From an uncultured Thermodesulfobacteriota bacterium (GTDB lineage Bacteria > Desulfobacterota > Zymogenia > Zymogenales > Zymogenaceae), in the NCBI GenBank assembly GCA_964506935.1, contig CAZDOD010000001.1, positions 1 through 46,673 of the forward strand: a DNA stretch of 46,673 bases, in the 5' to 3' direction. Position 1 is the stretch's first letter. Every line of letters begins with the position of its first letter. Both the position numbers and the translations under genes were made by a program. Below are positions 27,759 to 36,512 of this stretch, piece by piece. The notes beneath the pieces were generated by a model that was not told where the DNA came from, did not search any database, and worked only from the letters and a program-made list of their open reading frames with translations.

Positions 27759-27788
27759 TTTGACATGACGGGGAAAAGCATTTATGAT
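27759..27788 (+). promoter_or_regulatory. Candidate sigma70 promoter placed almost on top of the next start codon
   Basis: It reads TTGACA-N18-TATGAT. The -10 ends 11 nt before ATG 27800, and no GGAGG lies in between. Confidence 0.45.
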
Positions 27789-27799
27789 ATAGACTGTAT

Positions 27800-29377
27800 A
27801 TGCGTAAAAGACTCAAAATAGCGTTCATCGCACTACTTTCGGTTGTCGCGGCATGTGTCCTCATCTATATTATCTTTGTGCCCAAAAGGCCTGCTTTTGC
27901 GCCAAGAACTATAGAAGGTGTCTTCCCCGGCGGGGAGGCGGCCTATATAAAGACCTCCGGGATGGTCGATATCTGGGAATCCATAAAAGAGACCAACTAT
28001 TACAAGTCGGCGGGATATAAAAACCTCCTTAACCTCCCGCCGATCTTTGACATCATTAAGTTTCTGGAAGACAAGGATGAGATATATAAAAGGGGATCCA
28101 GTCCTGATATCCTGATGTATCTTCTCGGATATGAGTCGGCCCTCGGGATATATGTCAATGACGGGGTAGGGGCTAGTGATGGAGGGGGACGGCCGAACTA
28201 CCTCTTCGTCTCGATCGTCCATCCGAATTTCCTCCTTATGGAGCGTCTCTTCGCCTTTTTTGATGAGGGAAAGCATACAAGGGAGACGACCTATATGGGC
28301 CTTCCGACGGTAGAGGTCGATACGGACGAGACCGGAAAGATACAATATATTCTGGACGGCGATTTTCTGATTGTCTCCGATGACCCCGATATCTTCGAGC
28401 GGGCCGTCACGAGGTATATCCATGGAGAGCGAAGGCCCAAAGACGATACACTCCGCCTCTTGGGAAAAGGTGTCAAAAGTAACACGATTATATCAGGCTT
28501 CATCTATCCTGAAAAATTTGGTGGCGAAATAGGTCTCCCTTTTCCGTTCGGGGGTGAGATAAAAGAATATATCCCCGAAGAACTCGTCGCCTTTGCATTA
28601 GATTACGAAAAGGATGAGAGGTTACTCTCGCTTGAGGCTAGAGGAGGTCTAAAGCCGTTTCCGATTGATACGGGAAGAGCAAAAAAGTCAACTGGCGACC
28701 TAAAGGACGATGAGCTTGCCTTGATATACTACAAGGAGATTCCACTCATAACGCCACTGTTTGGAGATCTTATCGTCGAAGATAAAAATTCCAATCCGAG
28801 TTCCGAAGTCATTGAAAATGATTTTTTTGTCGGGCTTTTCTGTGATCAAGGAAAATCCGAGGACCCGGGGGTCTTTCTATTCGGGGCCTCTAATTCGGCA
28901 TTAAACGGTAATATTGAAAAAAATTTGTCGCTTGAAAAATACGATGTTGTTGAGGGGATAGAGGGGGGAAACACCATTTACTCTGCCGAGAGGGATGGTG
29001 TCGAGGAGTTCGCTTGGGCATATTTTATTAAAGGCGATACTATTTTTTTGATATTGGGGAAGGATTTTGAGTCAGTCGCAAATGCCCTAAACGATATACC
29101 GGAGACGGCGGTACATTACATGAAGAATGCAAAACCGGGGTTTTATATCGAGGCGTCACCAAAGAAGGTCTGGGACGAGGTTTCTACGTACCCCGAATAC
29201 TTCAATCGGGTATTCAATGATCTTATCCTCCCCCACACACAACCTGAAGGCGCTCCTTGGGATCTTCAATTTATCGAGGGGCTATATCCGATAAAATCGC
29301 TATCGGCTTCTGCCAAGATCGATAGGGGCGAGGCAGCCCTTACGATCACAATGAAGATTGAAGATAAAGTTCAATAA
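27800..29377 (+). CDS. Hypothetical protein with an N-terminal signal-anchor helix (family not recognisable by eye)
   Basis: It is a long uninterrupted ORF with the anchor 'IAFIALLSVVAACVLIYIIF'. It has its own promoter and lies downstream of a terminator. Confidence 0.75.
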   Translation: MRKRLKIAFIALLSVVAACVLIYIIFVPKRPAFAPRTIEGVFPGGEAAYIKTSGMVDIWESIKETNYYKSAGYKNLLNLPPIFDIIKFLEDKDEIYKRGSSPDILMYLLGYESALGIYVNDGVGASDGGGRPNYLFVSIVHPNFLLMERLFAFFDEGKHTRETTYMGLPTVEVDTDETGKIQYILDGDFLIVSDDPDIFERAVTRYIHGERRPKDDTLRLLGKGVKSNTIISGFIYPEKFGGEIGLPFPFGGEIKEYIPEELVAFALDYEKDERLLSLEARGGLKPFPIDTGRAKKSTGDLKDDELALIYYKEIPLITPLFGDLIVEDKNSNPSSEVIENDFFVGLFCDQGKSEDPGVFLFGASNSALNGNIEKNLSLEKYDVVEGIEGGNTIYSAERDGVEEFAWAYFIKGDTIFLILGKDFESVANALNDIPETAVHYMKNAKPGFYIEASPKKVWDEVSTYPEYFNRVFNDLILPHTQPEGAPWDLQFIEGLYPIKSLSASAKIDRGEAALTITMKIEDKVQ

Positions 29378-29417
29378 AGTTTTGTCAATTTTATAGTTTT
29401 ATAGGTAAAAAAATCAG

Positions 29418-30377
29418 ATGGCTAAAAAAACTGTAGCAAAGAAAGGCTCAACGAAAAAAGGAACGAGGAGGGTCCGAAAAGACCCGGCCGTGAGGTACAT
29501 CTTCGTTTTGGGCGGGGTCGTTCTGGCACTCGGTCTGATATCGCTTTTTTTCGATCTTCTGGGGAAGTGGTTTTTCACATCGATCATCTTGACCGTGCTT
29601 TCTCTGGGGGGATTTATATGGGGAAACCGCCTCTACGACTCTGGAGACGGGCCGTCCCCGGCCTTCGGGGGTGTTGTGATATTCGTAAGTGCGGTTCTCC
29701 TCGGACTTGATATCGTGAGCATAAATAAGATGCTCTCAGAACCGCTCCCTACGGCATCCTACATACTGTTTATCGCCACGGCCCTCTATTTCACCCTAGC
29801 GTATATATATGACAACCATCTGATTTTGATCCTCGCCCTTATCTCGCTATTTGGATATCTCGCCTACGTTGGAGGTGGTTTTTGGGGATGGCTCCCCTTC
29901 TTCAAGGGGGGGGTGAACTCCCATATATACATCGCCGTGGCATCCCCCTTTGTGATCCTGATGGGCCTTCTCCATGAGAGGTTCATAGATCGCTTGGGCA
30001 AAAAAATCGCCGATTTTGAGTTTTTCAGCCGCACATACTATTTCATCGGTTTTCTGTTTCTCAACACATCTCTTTGGATGCTCTCGCTTTTTGGCAGGAA
30101 TCCGAAGCTCTGGAACAATCCCCCATCCCAATCGAGGGAGGAGCTCGTCTTCACGATACTCTTCTTTGTTGCCAATATCGCAACGGTTGTCTTCGGCGGG
30201 GTGAAGAGGGACAGGACCTTTATCACCTTCGGTGCGATATTTTTGACGATCAATATCTTTACACGCTTTTCCGATGTCTTCTTCAAGGACCTTGGGAGCT
30301 CGGCGACATTTATCATTGCGGGCGGGATACTCATAGCACTGGGCCTTATTCTGGAGAAGATGCTCAGAAAGAAATAG
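29418..30377 (+). CDS. Polytopic integral membrane protein of unknown function with a Lys/Arg-rich N-terminal tail
   Basis: 'MAKKTVAKKGSTKKGTRRVRK' is followed by about 8 hydrophobic helices. Confidence 0.75.
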   Translation: MAKKTVAKKGSTKKGTRRVRKDPAVRYIFVLGGVVLALGLISLFFDLLGKWFFTSIILTVLSLGGFIWGNRLYDSGDGPSPAFGGVVIFVSAVLLGLDIVSINKMLSEPLPTASYILFIATALYFTLAYIYDNHLILILALISLFGYLAYVGGGFWGWLPFFKGGVNSHIYIAVASPFVILMGLLHERFIDRLGKKIADFEFFSRTYYFIGFLFLNTSLWMLSLFGRNPKLWNNPPSQSREELVFTILFFVANIATVVFGGVKRDRTFITFGAIFLTINIFTRFSDVFFKDLGSSATFIIAGGILIALGLILEKMLRKK

Positions 30378-30470
30378 AGTTATCTGGGGTTATCTCTCGG
30401 TTCGACTAGGGCGGGATTTATAAGATACAGAAAAACCACCGATTCGATAAGGTCGGCAAAATTCCTTTAT

Positions 30471-31154
30471 CTATTTTAGGAATTTATATAGTTCGAAGGC
30501 CAATAGATATAGAGGATCTTCGTCTTGATCTATCTCGGAAAAGCGGGGGATCTCCTGATAGAAGTAGTTATCCGAAACATCGTCGTTGACCCTTGACACC
30601 TCGCCACACAGGACGTCTTTCCCCTCGGCCCAAAAAGAGTGGTAGAGGTGTGAGGGGATCGTGAGGCTCTCGCCGGGCGTTAGCTTTATGACCTCTCCAG
30701 GACGGCACTTTTGGACACTTCCATCCCTTGAAACGGAAAAATCGTCTGATGAATAAGACCTCCCGTCGCTATCCGCCACATAAAGCTCAAAACACAGCGT
30801 CCCACCGGATCTATTTATGATATCTTCCATCTTCGACTTGTGGTAGTGGGAGGGGCAGGTCTGATCGTGCCTCAGATGGATCACCTTTTCGCAGTAGTCC
30901 TTGCCCCCGGTTTCTCTCTTTTTCGGGTCTCCGTTTCTTAGGGTAAAGAGCAAAAGCCCCGTTTTTTTAAAATCACCTAGTCCGAAGTCGGTGATGTCCC
31001 AGCCCAGCCCCACCTCGATGACCTCCCTTAGTTCATCTGCCCTCTTTTTCCACTCATCGGGCCTTATCCATGCGAATGGGGGGAGGTGAAAATTCTCCCC
31101 CCTGAAAAATTCTATGCTCTCTTCTATGATTCGGTTTATCTCGGAGCGCTTCAA
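30471..31154 (-). CDS. D-lyxose/D-mannose ketol-isomerase (cupin)
   Basis: From TTG 31154 the protein reads (M)KRSEINRIIEESIEFFRGENFHLPPFAW...LGWDITDFG...LLLFTLRNG...EDIINRSGG...PGESLTIPSHLYHSFWAE...GEVSRVNDD. This is colinear with enterobacterial D-lyxose isomerase as I recall it (MKRSAIN...HLPPFA...LGWDVTAFG...FTLRNG...EDIINRGGG...LYHSFWAE...VNDD). The longer track ORF (to 31388) would overlap the upstream gene. Confidence 0.88.
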   Translation of the reverse strand: MKRSEINRIIEESIEFFRGENFHLPPFAWIRPDEWKKRADELREVIEVGLGWDITDFGLGDFKKTGLLLFTLRNGDPKKRETGGKDYCEKVIHLRHDQTCPSHYHKSKMEDIINRSGGTLCFELYVADSDGRSYSSDDFSVSRDGSVQKCRPGEVIKLTPGESLTIPSHLYHSFWAEGKDVLCGEVSRVNDDVSDNYFYQEIPRFSEIDQDEDPLYLLAFELYKFLK

Positions 31155-31222
31155 AATATCACCATTTTTATTCGAGGGCGATTGCTCCCCCACACAAAAT
31201 ATCCCGAAAGAGACATCAAGGC

Positions 31223-31954
31223 TCAATATTTTTCGACGTCTTTTAAGACCCGTGCGAGATTTTCCGCCCAGACGGTGTAGCGATCCATCTCCTCGGGCTT
31301 TTTCATCATCGGCTGGATATCTATCCCGAAACCCGATGGTGATAGGGCGATATTCACAGGGTTCTTTCCGGGGTATGTCATCAGGCATGACATCACACCG
31401 GGGGACAGGACGATCCTTTTGGCCCCTTCCTCGTCCTCGGTAAATACGTTATAGATCTTTGCGAAGTCGGGGAAGGCTTCTTTAATATCTAGGATGGTGA
31501 TGTTGCGTGCGCCGAATACGCGCTTCAGGATAAACTCGACCATCTTTTTGCCGAATTCCCCCCCTATAGGGACCCTGGGGGCGATAAAGGTTCGGCCGCT
31601 TGCCGGAAGCTCCATAAAGACGGTTATGAAGTGGTGGGCGTTGCCGGAAGTCGAACTTGATGAGGATGTCTGCTGTGGTTGCGGAAGTTGAGTATAGAAG
31701 TATGCCTCGCCGACCGAAAGCGGGAGCCGGACGATATCTTTATACCTCCCACCCGAAGGCACACCCAGTTTTTCTGTCAACTTGGTCTCGAGATCGCTTC
31801 CCGCATCATCGGGGAGGATGATGAGTCCTCGTGATTGGACAAACGAAGAGAAGGCCCTCTTCGATCTCTTCGAGAGATAAAAGACGAGATACAGGGCGAA
31901 AAGGAAGATGACCAGTGCGGCGATGAAAATAATCGATGGATTTAAATCTGCCAA
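31223..31954 (-). CDS. Hypothetical N-terminally anchored protein with a Ser/Gln-rich linker
   Basis: Anchor 'IIFIAALVIFLFALYLVFYL' is present. The start is placed at TTG 31954, 9 nt after GGAGG. The GTG at 31963 abuts the SD with no spacing. Confidence 0.65.
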   Translation of the reverse strand: MADLNPSIIFIAALVIFLFALYLVFYLSKRSKRAFSSFVQSRGLIILPDDAGSDLETKLTEKLGVPSGGRYKDIVRLPLSVGEAYFYTQLPQPQQTSSSSSTSGNAHHFITVFMELPASGRTFIAPRVPIGGEFGKKMVEFILKRVFGARNITILDIKEAFPDFAKIYNVFTEDEEGAKRIVLSPGVMSCLMTYPGKNPVNIALSPSGFGIDIQPMMKKPEEMDRYTVWAENLARVLKDVEKY

Positions 31955-32075
31955 AATAAACACCCTCCGACTTTTTTGAGTTTTTTTGAATATCTAATTA
32001 AAAATCGACGAGCACAGATTCACTTTGGATTTTCGGGCACCTGACACCGATACATCTCCCCCCTGAAAACCTTTT

Positions 32076-32930
32076 TTACTTTGCCACCTCGGCCCAGGCG
32101 TCCTTTATAACGACATCGCCCCGGTCGACCACGGATTCGAGCCCCACGATCATGGAATTTCCCTTGTCCTCTTTGAGCCAGCCCGTGGTGGTCACGGTAT
32201 CGCCGGGGAGGACGTTTCTGGAAAACCTGACCTTCAGCTTCTTGAGCTTATTCGGGTCGCCGCCGTTGACGTTATCGACGACCGACTTCTGGACGAATGC
32301 CATTGTGCAGAGGCCCTGGAGGATTATTCCGGGAAGTCCCACCTTTACCGCGAAGTCGGGATCTATGTGGATGAGGTTGTGGTCGCCGGAGGGCTCGGCA
32401 TAGATATATGTCTGGCCCTTCTTTACCTTCATGTCCTCGGTAAAGAGGATCTTTCCCCTGTCGTCTTTTTCTTCTTCGGTTTTTTTCTTCTTGGGGGCCT
32501 CGGGATTTCGCTCGAAGAGGCCTATGACCTGGCTCACCACGAGGTCTCCCTTCTCGTCAACTGAATCAATCTTTACCTCAAGGAGCTCACCCGTCCCCTT
32601 GTCGATGATGTCCTTTACAGTCGACGTGATTTTGAGCTTCGTATCCGGGATCAGGGGCTTTTCCCATTCAAAGAGGTGTTCGCCGTGGACGACATAGGCC
32701 CAGTTGATTCCGAGATCCGGGTCCTGAACTGCCTGCATGACACCTTTGCCGCCGATATCCTTGCTCACCGCATAGAGCGGCGGGGCCACGATGCCGCCGG
32801 GCCTGGCTCCATCGATATATGCCTCGTTCGGGTCGTTTGTGGCAAGTGCGTAAAACAACGCCTCCCTTTTGACCACCTCTCCTTCCGTCGGTCCATATTT
32901 CTTTCCGATCAGGTCTCGATTCATCGCCAT
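32076..32930 (-). CDS. MaoC-family double-hotdog (R)-specific hydratase/dehydratase
   Basis: The C-terminal hydratase motif 'YAEPSGDHNLIHIDPDFAVKVGLPG' is present, and the N-terminal half is hotdog-like. Confidence 0.85.
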   Translation of the reverse strand: MAMNRDLIGKKYGPTEGEVVKREALFYALATNDPNEAYIDGARPGGIVAPPLYAVSKDIGGKGVMQAVQDPDLGINWAYVVHGEHLFEWEKPLIPDTKLKITSTVKDIIDKGTGELLEVKIDSVDEKGDLVVSQVIGLFERNPEAPKKKKTEEEKDDRGKILFTEDMKVKKGQTYIYAEPSGDHNLIHIDPDFAVKVGLPGIILQGLCTMAFVQKSVVDNVNGGDPNKLKKLKVRFSRNVLPGDTVTTTGWLKEDKGNSMIVGLESVVDRGDVVIKDAWAEVAK

Positions 32931-32978
32931 AATACCACTCCTTTTATTTTCCTATATGTAATTAATACTCCGCCATAA

Positions 32979-33007
32979 AATTTATCAAATATCGATTTGT
33001 GTGTCAA
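32979..33007 (-). promoter_or_regulatory. Candidate sigma70 promoter for the MaoC gene
   Basis: The minus strand reads TTGACA-cacaaatcgatatttga-TAAATT, overlapping the stop of the upstream hydrolase gene. Confidence 0.5.
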
Positions 33008-34704
33008 GGAGAAGGGAGATTATCCTCGTTTGTCCCAAGCTGTGATTTGAGCCAATTGAGGATGTCGCCTGTGACTCTATGGTCGATCTCGATCGATGAG
33101 GCCCCTTTTTTCTCCCCCTCCGGTTCGGCCGCCCCGAGATTGTGGCCGAGGTCGGGATATGTTATGAGGGTAACGTCGATGGTTCCCGATTCATTTAAAA
33201 TATCGAATATCAGCTTTGCATTGTAATCCCCAACGACGAAGTCTCTTTCGCCATGGAGTATGAGGACGGGGATAGATATATCATCGATGTAGTCTTGTGG
33301 GTCCAATTTCGCGTGTCCCCTAAAGTGTCCGAGATAAATCTCTCTCGATGGGCCTTCGCATCCGGAGAAAAGATAGGTGTCTTCCGGGTTCTTTTCTATT
33401 TCGGAAAACATCTCCTCATATGCCTTTACATATTCTTTCTTTTCTTTTAGGCCGAGCGGCAGGTTTTTCGCACCGACCATTGCATCATGGATGAAGATCT
33501 CGGATATCTTATCTCCCGGTGAAGACAGGAGGACGAGCCTTTTTACTTCGCTGTTTCTTGCGGCGGTGATGATCGACAAAAGCCCTCCCTCGCTGTGCCC
33601 TAGGAGGACTAGACGTTCGGGATCGGAGCCAGCTATTTCCAGTGCCTGTTCAATTGCGGCATTTATATCCTCGAGGAGGAGACCGGGCGTCCTGTCGTAG
33701 TAGCTCCCGCCGCTGTCACCACAACCGCGCTTGTCCCACATAAATGATGCGATGCCGATTTCTGAGAGTCGTTCGGCGAGCTCGGAATATATCCCCATGT
33801 AGCTCCACCTGTGGGGGCCGATGCCGGCTACCATGACCACGACGGGAAATTTATCAGCGGAAGCGACGTTTCCGTCTATATCCTGTGGCAGAAAATAGAC
33901 TCCGTTGAGCCTCGTCCCATTTCCGCCGAAGAATTCCACTTTTTTTATTTCTGATTTTTCCGGGACATCCCGAAAGAGTCTTGATGGGATATCGGGCGTT
34001 TCATCCGCGAGGACATAGAGGGTACGTGTGTTTGGAAACCAGATTCTCACGGGATAGTCGCTCCCCTTTTTCCCGTAGATTGTTGCGTCAATGAAAAAAT
34101 CTTTCGACTTTTCCCCGGAGATGTCAATCTCTATCTCCCCGTCGTTCTCATCTACATTGATATCTACCCCCTCACAAAAAAGATAGGGCGATAGCGTCGT
34201 GACGAGGGCTAAAATGTCGTCCGTGTCACCGAGGTTAACTCTTCTTGCGACCTCAATCATCGCCGAGACCTCTTCTGGAAAGATGATTATGTCGGGGATG
34301 TCTTCGATCTCCCCGAATTTTTTAAAACCGATTGCCGAGTCGTAGATGAAGGCGTAACTGTCACCCCCGCAATCTGAGAGATCATCGACAATAAACGATT
34401 CAAAGTATCTGTCTTCGGGATTCATCACGAGGCTCTTCGCCTCAAAGCTGCAGGTATCGAGTTTTTCTCCATCGTAGATGATATCGCAAAAGATCTCTTT
34501 TGGGTTTATCGCAAATGGGAAAAATGATTTGGAGGATATCTTCTCACCTCCGGAAAAGGTTGATATTTCTACCTCCTCGTAACCGACGATATTTCCACCG
34601 CGATAGATTTCATAGGTCTCAGAGAGTGAATTTCCGGGACGGTAAAAAACCGAGACCGAGATTACAAGGATTGCGATCAAACAGAGATAAAAATTTCGTT
34701 TCAC
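33004..34704 (-). CDS. Secreted alpha/beta-fold serine hydrolase (S9/dienelactone-hydrolase-like) with an unknown N-terminal domain of about 270 aa
   Basis: Signal peptide 'MKRNFYLCLIAILVISVSVF', nucleophile elbow 'LLGHSEGG', 'VLILHGERDFVV' and 'PDLGHNL' are present. Confidence 0.8.
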   Translation of the reverse strand: MKRNFYLCLIAILVISVSVFYRPGNSLSETYEIYRGGNIVGYEEVEISTFSGGEKISSKSFFPFAINPKEIFCDIIYDGEKLDTCSFEAKSLVMNPEDRYFESFIVDDLSDCGGDSYAFIYDSAIGFKKFGEIEDIPDIIIFPEEVSAMIEVARRVNLGDTDDILALVTTLSPYLFCEGVDINVDENDGEIEIDISGEKSKDFFIDATIYGKKGSDYPVRIWFPNTRTLYVLADETPDIPSRLFRDVPEKSEIKKVEFFGGNGTRLNGVYFLPQDIDGNVASADKFPVVVMVAGIGPHRWSYMGIYSELAERLSEIGIASFMWDKRGCGDSGGSYYDRTPGLLLEDINAAIEQALEIAGSDPERLVLLGHSEGGLLSIITAARNSEVKRLVLLSSPGDKISEIFIHDAMVGAKNLPLGLKEKKEYVKAYEEMFSEIEKNPEDTYLFSGCEGPSREIYLGHFRGHAKLDPQDYIDDISIPVLILHGERDFVVGDYNAKLIFDILNESGTIDVTLITYPDLGHNLGAAEPEGEKKGASSIEIDHRVTGDILNWLKSQLGTNEDNLPSP

Positions 34705-34803
34705 CTTTTCACCTTAAATATCTCATGTGATAATTAATATTAGCATCCAACTTTATCGGTAAAAAGTCAAGGATTCTCGGCTCCAACCGATTTTTTTGTG
34801 AAA

Positions 34804-34832
34804 TTGACATAGATTTTGCGCTGTGTTAATCT
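34804..34832 (+). promoter_or_regulatory. Sigma70 promoter of the lipoprotein gene
   Basis: It reads TTGACA-tagattttgcgctgtgt-TAATCT. The -10 lies downstream of the track's GTG 34823 start, which argues against that start. Confidence 0.55.
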
Positions 34833-34870
34833 GGATCCTAGAGTTTCATCCAATAGAGGAGGTGTTTTCT

Positions 34871-35347
34871 TTGAACAGGGTAAAGGTAGGCTATCTATTT
34901 ATTCTCATCCTGGTCTCGGCGGCCTTGGTTATATCATGCAAAAAGCCCATGACCGATGAGGAGGTAATCAAACAGATCATCATCGATACGGGAGATCTTG
35001 CCGAAAAGAAGGACATCAAAGGGATCCTGTCATATGTCTCCGAATCATACAAAGACGCCGAGGGATATGGCCGAGACGACATAAAGGGTATCCTGTTTGT
35101 TTACTTTAGGCAGCATGAGAGGATTGGGGTCTATGTGAGGCACGTCGATGTCGAGGTCGGGGGGGATTCGGCCGAGGCCATCGTCAAGCTCATCTTCACC
35201 GGCGGGGAGGAGCCGGAGGGCGTCGGTGATGTCGTCCCGAGTTCGGGAAGTGGCTACCAGCTTGATTTGAAGTTAAAGAGGGAGGATGGAGACTGGATGG
35301 TGGTGAGGGCTAAATGGACCGACATCGGATTTGTGGAGGCGCTTTAA
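34871..35347 (+). CDS. Small lipoprotein, probably NTF2/SnoaL-like fold
   Basis: The start is TTG 34871, 8 nt after GAGGAGG. The lipobox is 'AALVISC'. Confidence 0.65.
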   Translation: MNRVKVGYLFILILVSAALVISCKKPMTDEEVIKQIIIDTGDLAEKKDIKGILSYVSESYKDAEGYGRDDIKGILFVYFRQHERIGVYVRHVDVEVGGDSAEAIVKLIFTGGEEPEGVGDVVPSSGSGYQLDLKLKREDGDWMVVRAKWTDIGFVEAL

Positions 35348-35417
35348 ATCTCCGTTGTTTATTTGATATGAATCTGTCTTAGTCAGGGGTGGGATTTTAA
35401 AAAATCGAAGAGGCCCC

Positions 35418-36392
35418 TCACACTTTATCGCGCCTCTTTTCGCTCCCGTCTATGGTCGATCCAAACCTCAGCTTTCTGGGATCGGTCTTCTTGTCAAATT
35501 TTTCGGGGTCGCAAAAGACGTAGGGGAGCTTATCCAATCGGGCCTTAAAATCGACGCCTGACGCTCCCCCTTTAAGTATCTCGCTCTCTGCGTTATCGCC
35601 GAAACGGCTCTCGTCTGCAACCTCGACCTTTTCCTTGATTAGTTCGAGATATTTTTCGTTTATCTCATAACCGATCGAGTTTCTATTTAGCATCCTTGCC
35701 GCCAGCGTGGTTGTGCCGCTGCCTAAGAAGGGATCAAGGACGGTATCCCCGACGAAGGAAAACATCTTGATCAGCCTCTTCGGGAGCTCTGTGGGGAATG
35801 CCGCGATGTGACCGTCCTGCCTCTCACCCGGAAAATTCCAATGGCCGTAAAAATACTCGTTCCATTCCTCGATCGTGAGCCTTGACTCTTCCTTTGTCTC
35901 TTTATCTACCTTCGGGGAAGTTCCGATCTTTTTGAAAATCAGGATGAATTCGTAGTCCAGTTTTATTATCCCGTTTCTCGGATATGGATAGGAGCCCATG
36001 ATTGTAGCACCGCCCGTGGTGTTGGTCGTGGTGACCTTCTGCCATATAACGGCCCCCATGTAGTCGAAGCCCTTTGCCTCGCAGAATTTTATTATCTCCG
36101 TCCTTATCGGGATAACCTTGTATCTCCCGTAATAGACCGATCGGGCGAATTGGTCGCCGATGTTGATACAGAGCCTGCACCCCGGATGGAGGACTCGGTG
36201 ACATTCAGACCAGACTAAGTTGAGGTTATTTATATAGTCTTCATATGTGTCATTGAAGCCTATCTGGCCGTCGTGGCCGTAGTCCTTGAGTTGCCAGTAT
36301 GGCGGAGATGTTATCACGAGGTGGACGGAGGCGGATTCGACCTCCCCCATCTCCCTCGAATCTCCGATAATTATCTTATGATTGGTTGTCAT
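35418..36392 (-). CDS. Beta-class amino-DNA methyltransferase. The SPPY catalytic motif suggests N4-cytosine specificity.
   Basis: Motif IV 'VHLVITSPPYW' precedes motif I 'VLDPFLGSGTTTLAA' (the IV-then-I order defines the beta class). No endonuclease-like neighbour is present. Confidence 0.85.
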   Translation of the reverse strand: MTTNHKIIIGDSREMGEVESASVHLVITSPPYWQLKDYGHDGQIGFNDTYEDYINNLNLVWSECHRVLHPGCRLCINIGDQFARSVYYGRYKVIPIRTEIIKFCEAKGFDYMGAVIWQKVTTTNTTGGATIMGSYPYPRNGIIKLDYEFILIFKKIGTSPKVDKETKEESRLTIEEWNEYFYGHWNFPGERQDGHIAAFPTELPKRLIKMFSFVGDTVLDPFLGSGTTTLAARMLNRNSIGYEINEKYLELIKEKVEVADESRFGDNAESEILKGGASGVDFKARLDKLPYVFCDPEKFDKKTDPRKLRFGSTIDGSEKRRDKV

Positions 36393-36512
36393 TTTTTAGT
36401 GAATCTTAAAGGAAAAAAGCTGTTTCGGCCCGATCGGCTTTTCCGACTCTAAAAACTCGAATGGGTAAAGGGGCTAAAAGGCCGCCTGACCCCGATTCAA
36501 TCAACCACCCCG

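Noticed and set aside
31155-31388. A 78-codon extension of the D-lyxose isomerase track ORF
   Set aside because: Homology starts exactly at the internal TTG ('KRSEIN...'). The extension overlaps the 3' end of the upstream gene (stop at 31223).
34823-34870. The GTG 34823 start for the lipoprotein ORF
   Set aside because: It lies upstream of the promoter's -10 box (34827..34832), so it would not be transcribed. TTG 34871 has a GAGGAGG site at ideal spacing and gives a clean lipoprotein signal peptide.
35348-36512. A complete restriction-modification system or mobile island around the DNA methyltransferase
   Set aside because: No nuclease-like ORF is present on either strand. I saw no integrase or transposase, no flanking direct repeats and no obvious compositional break. 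I report it only as an orphan methyltransferase.
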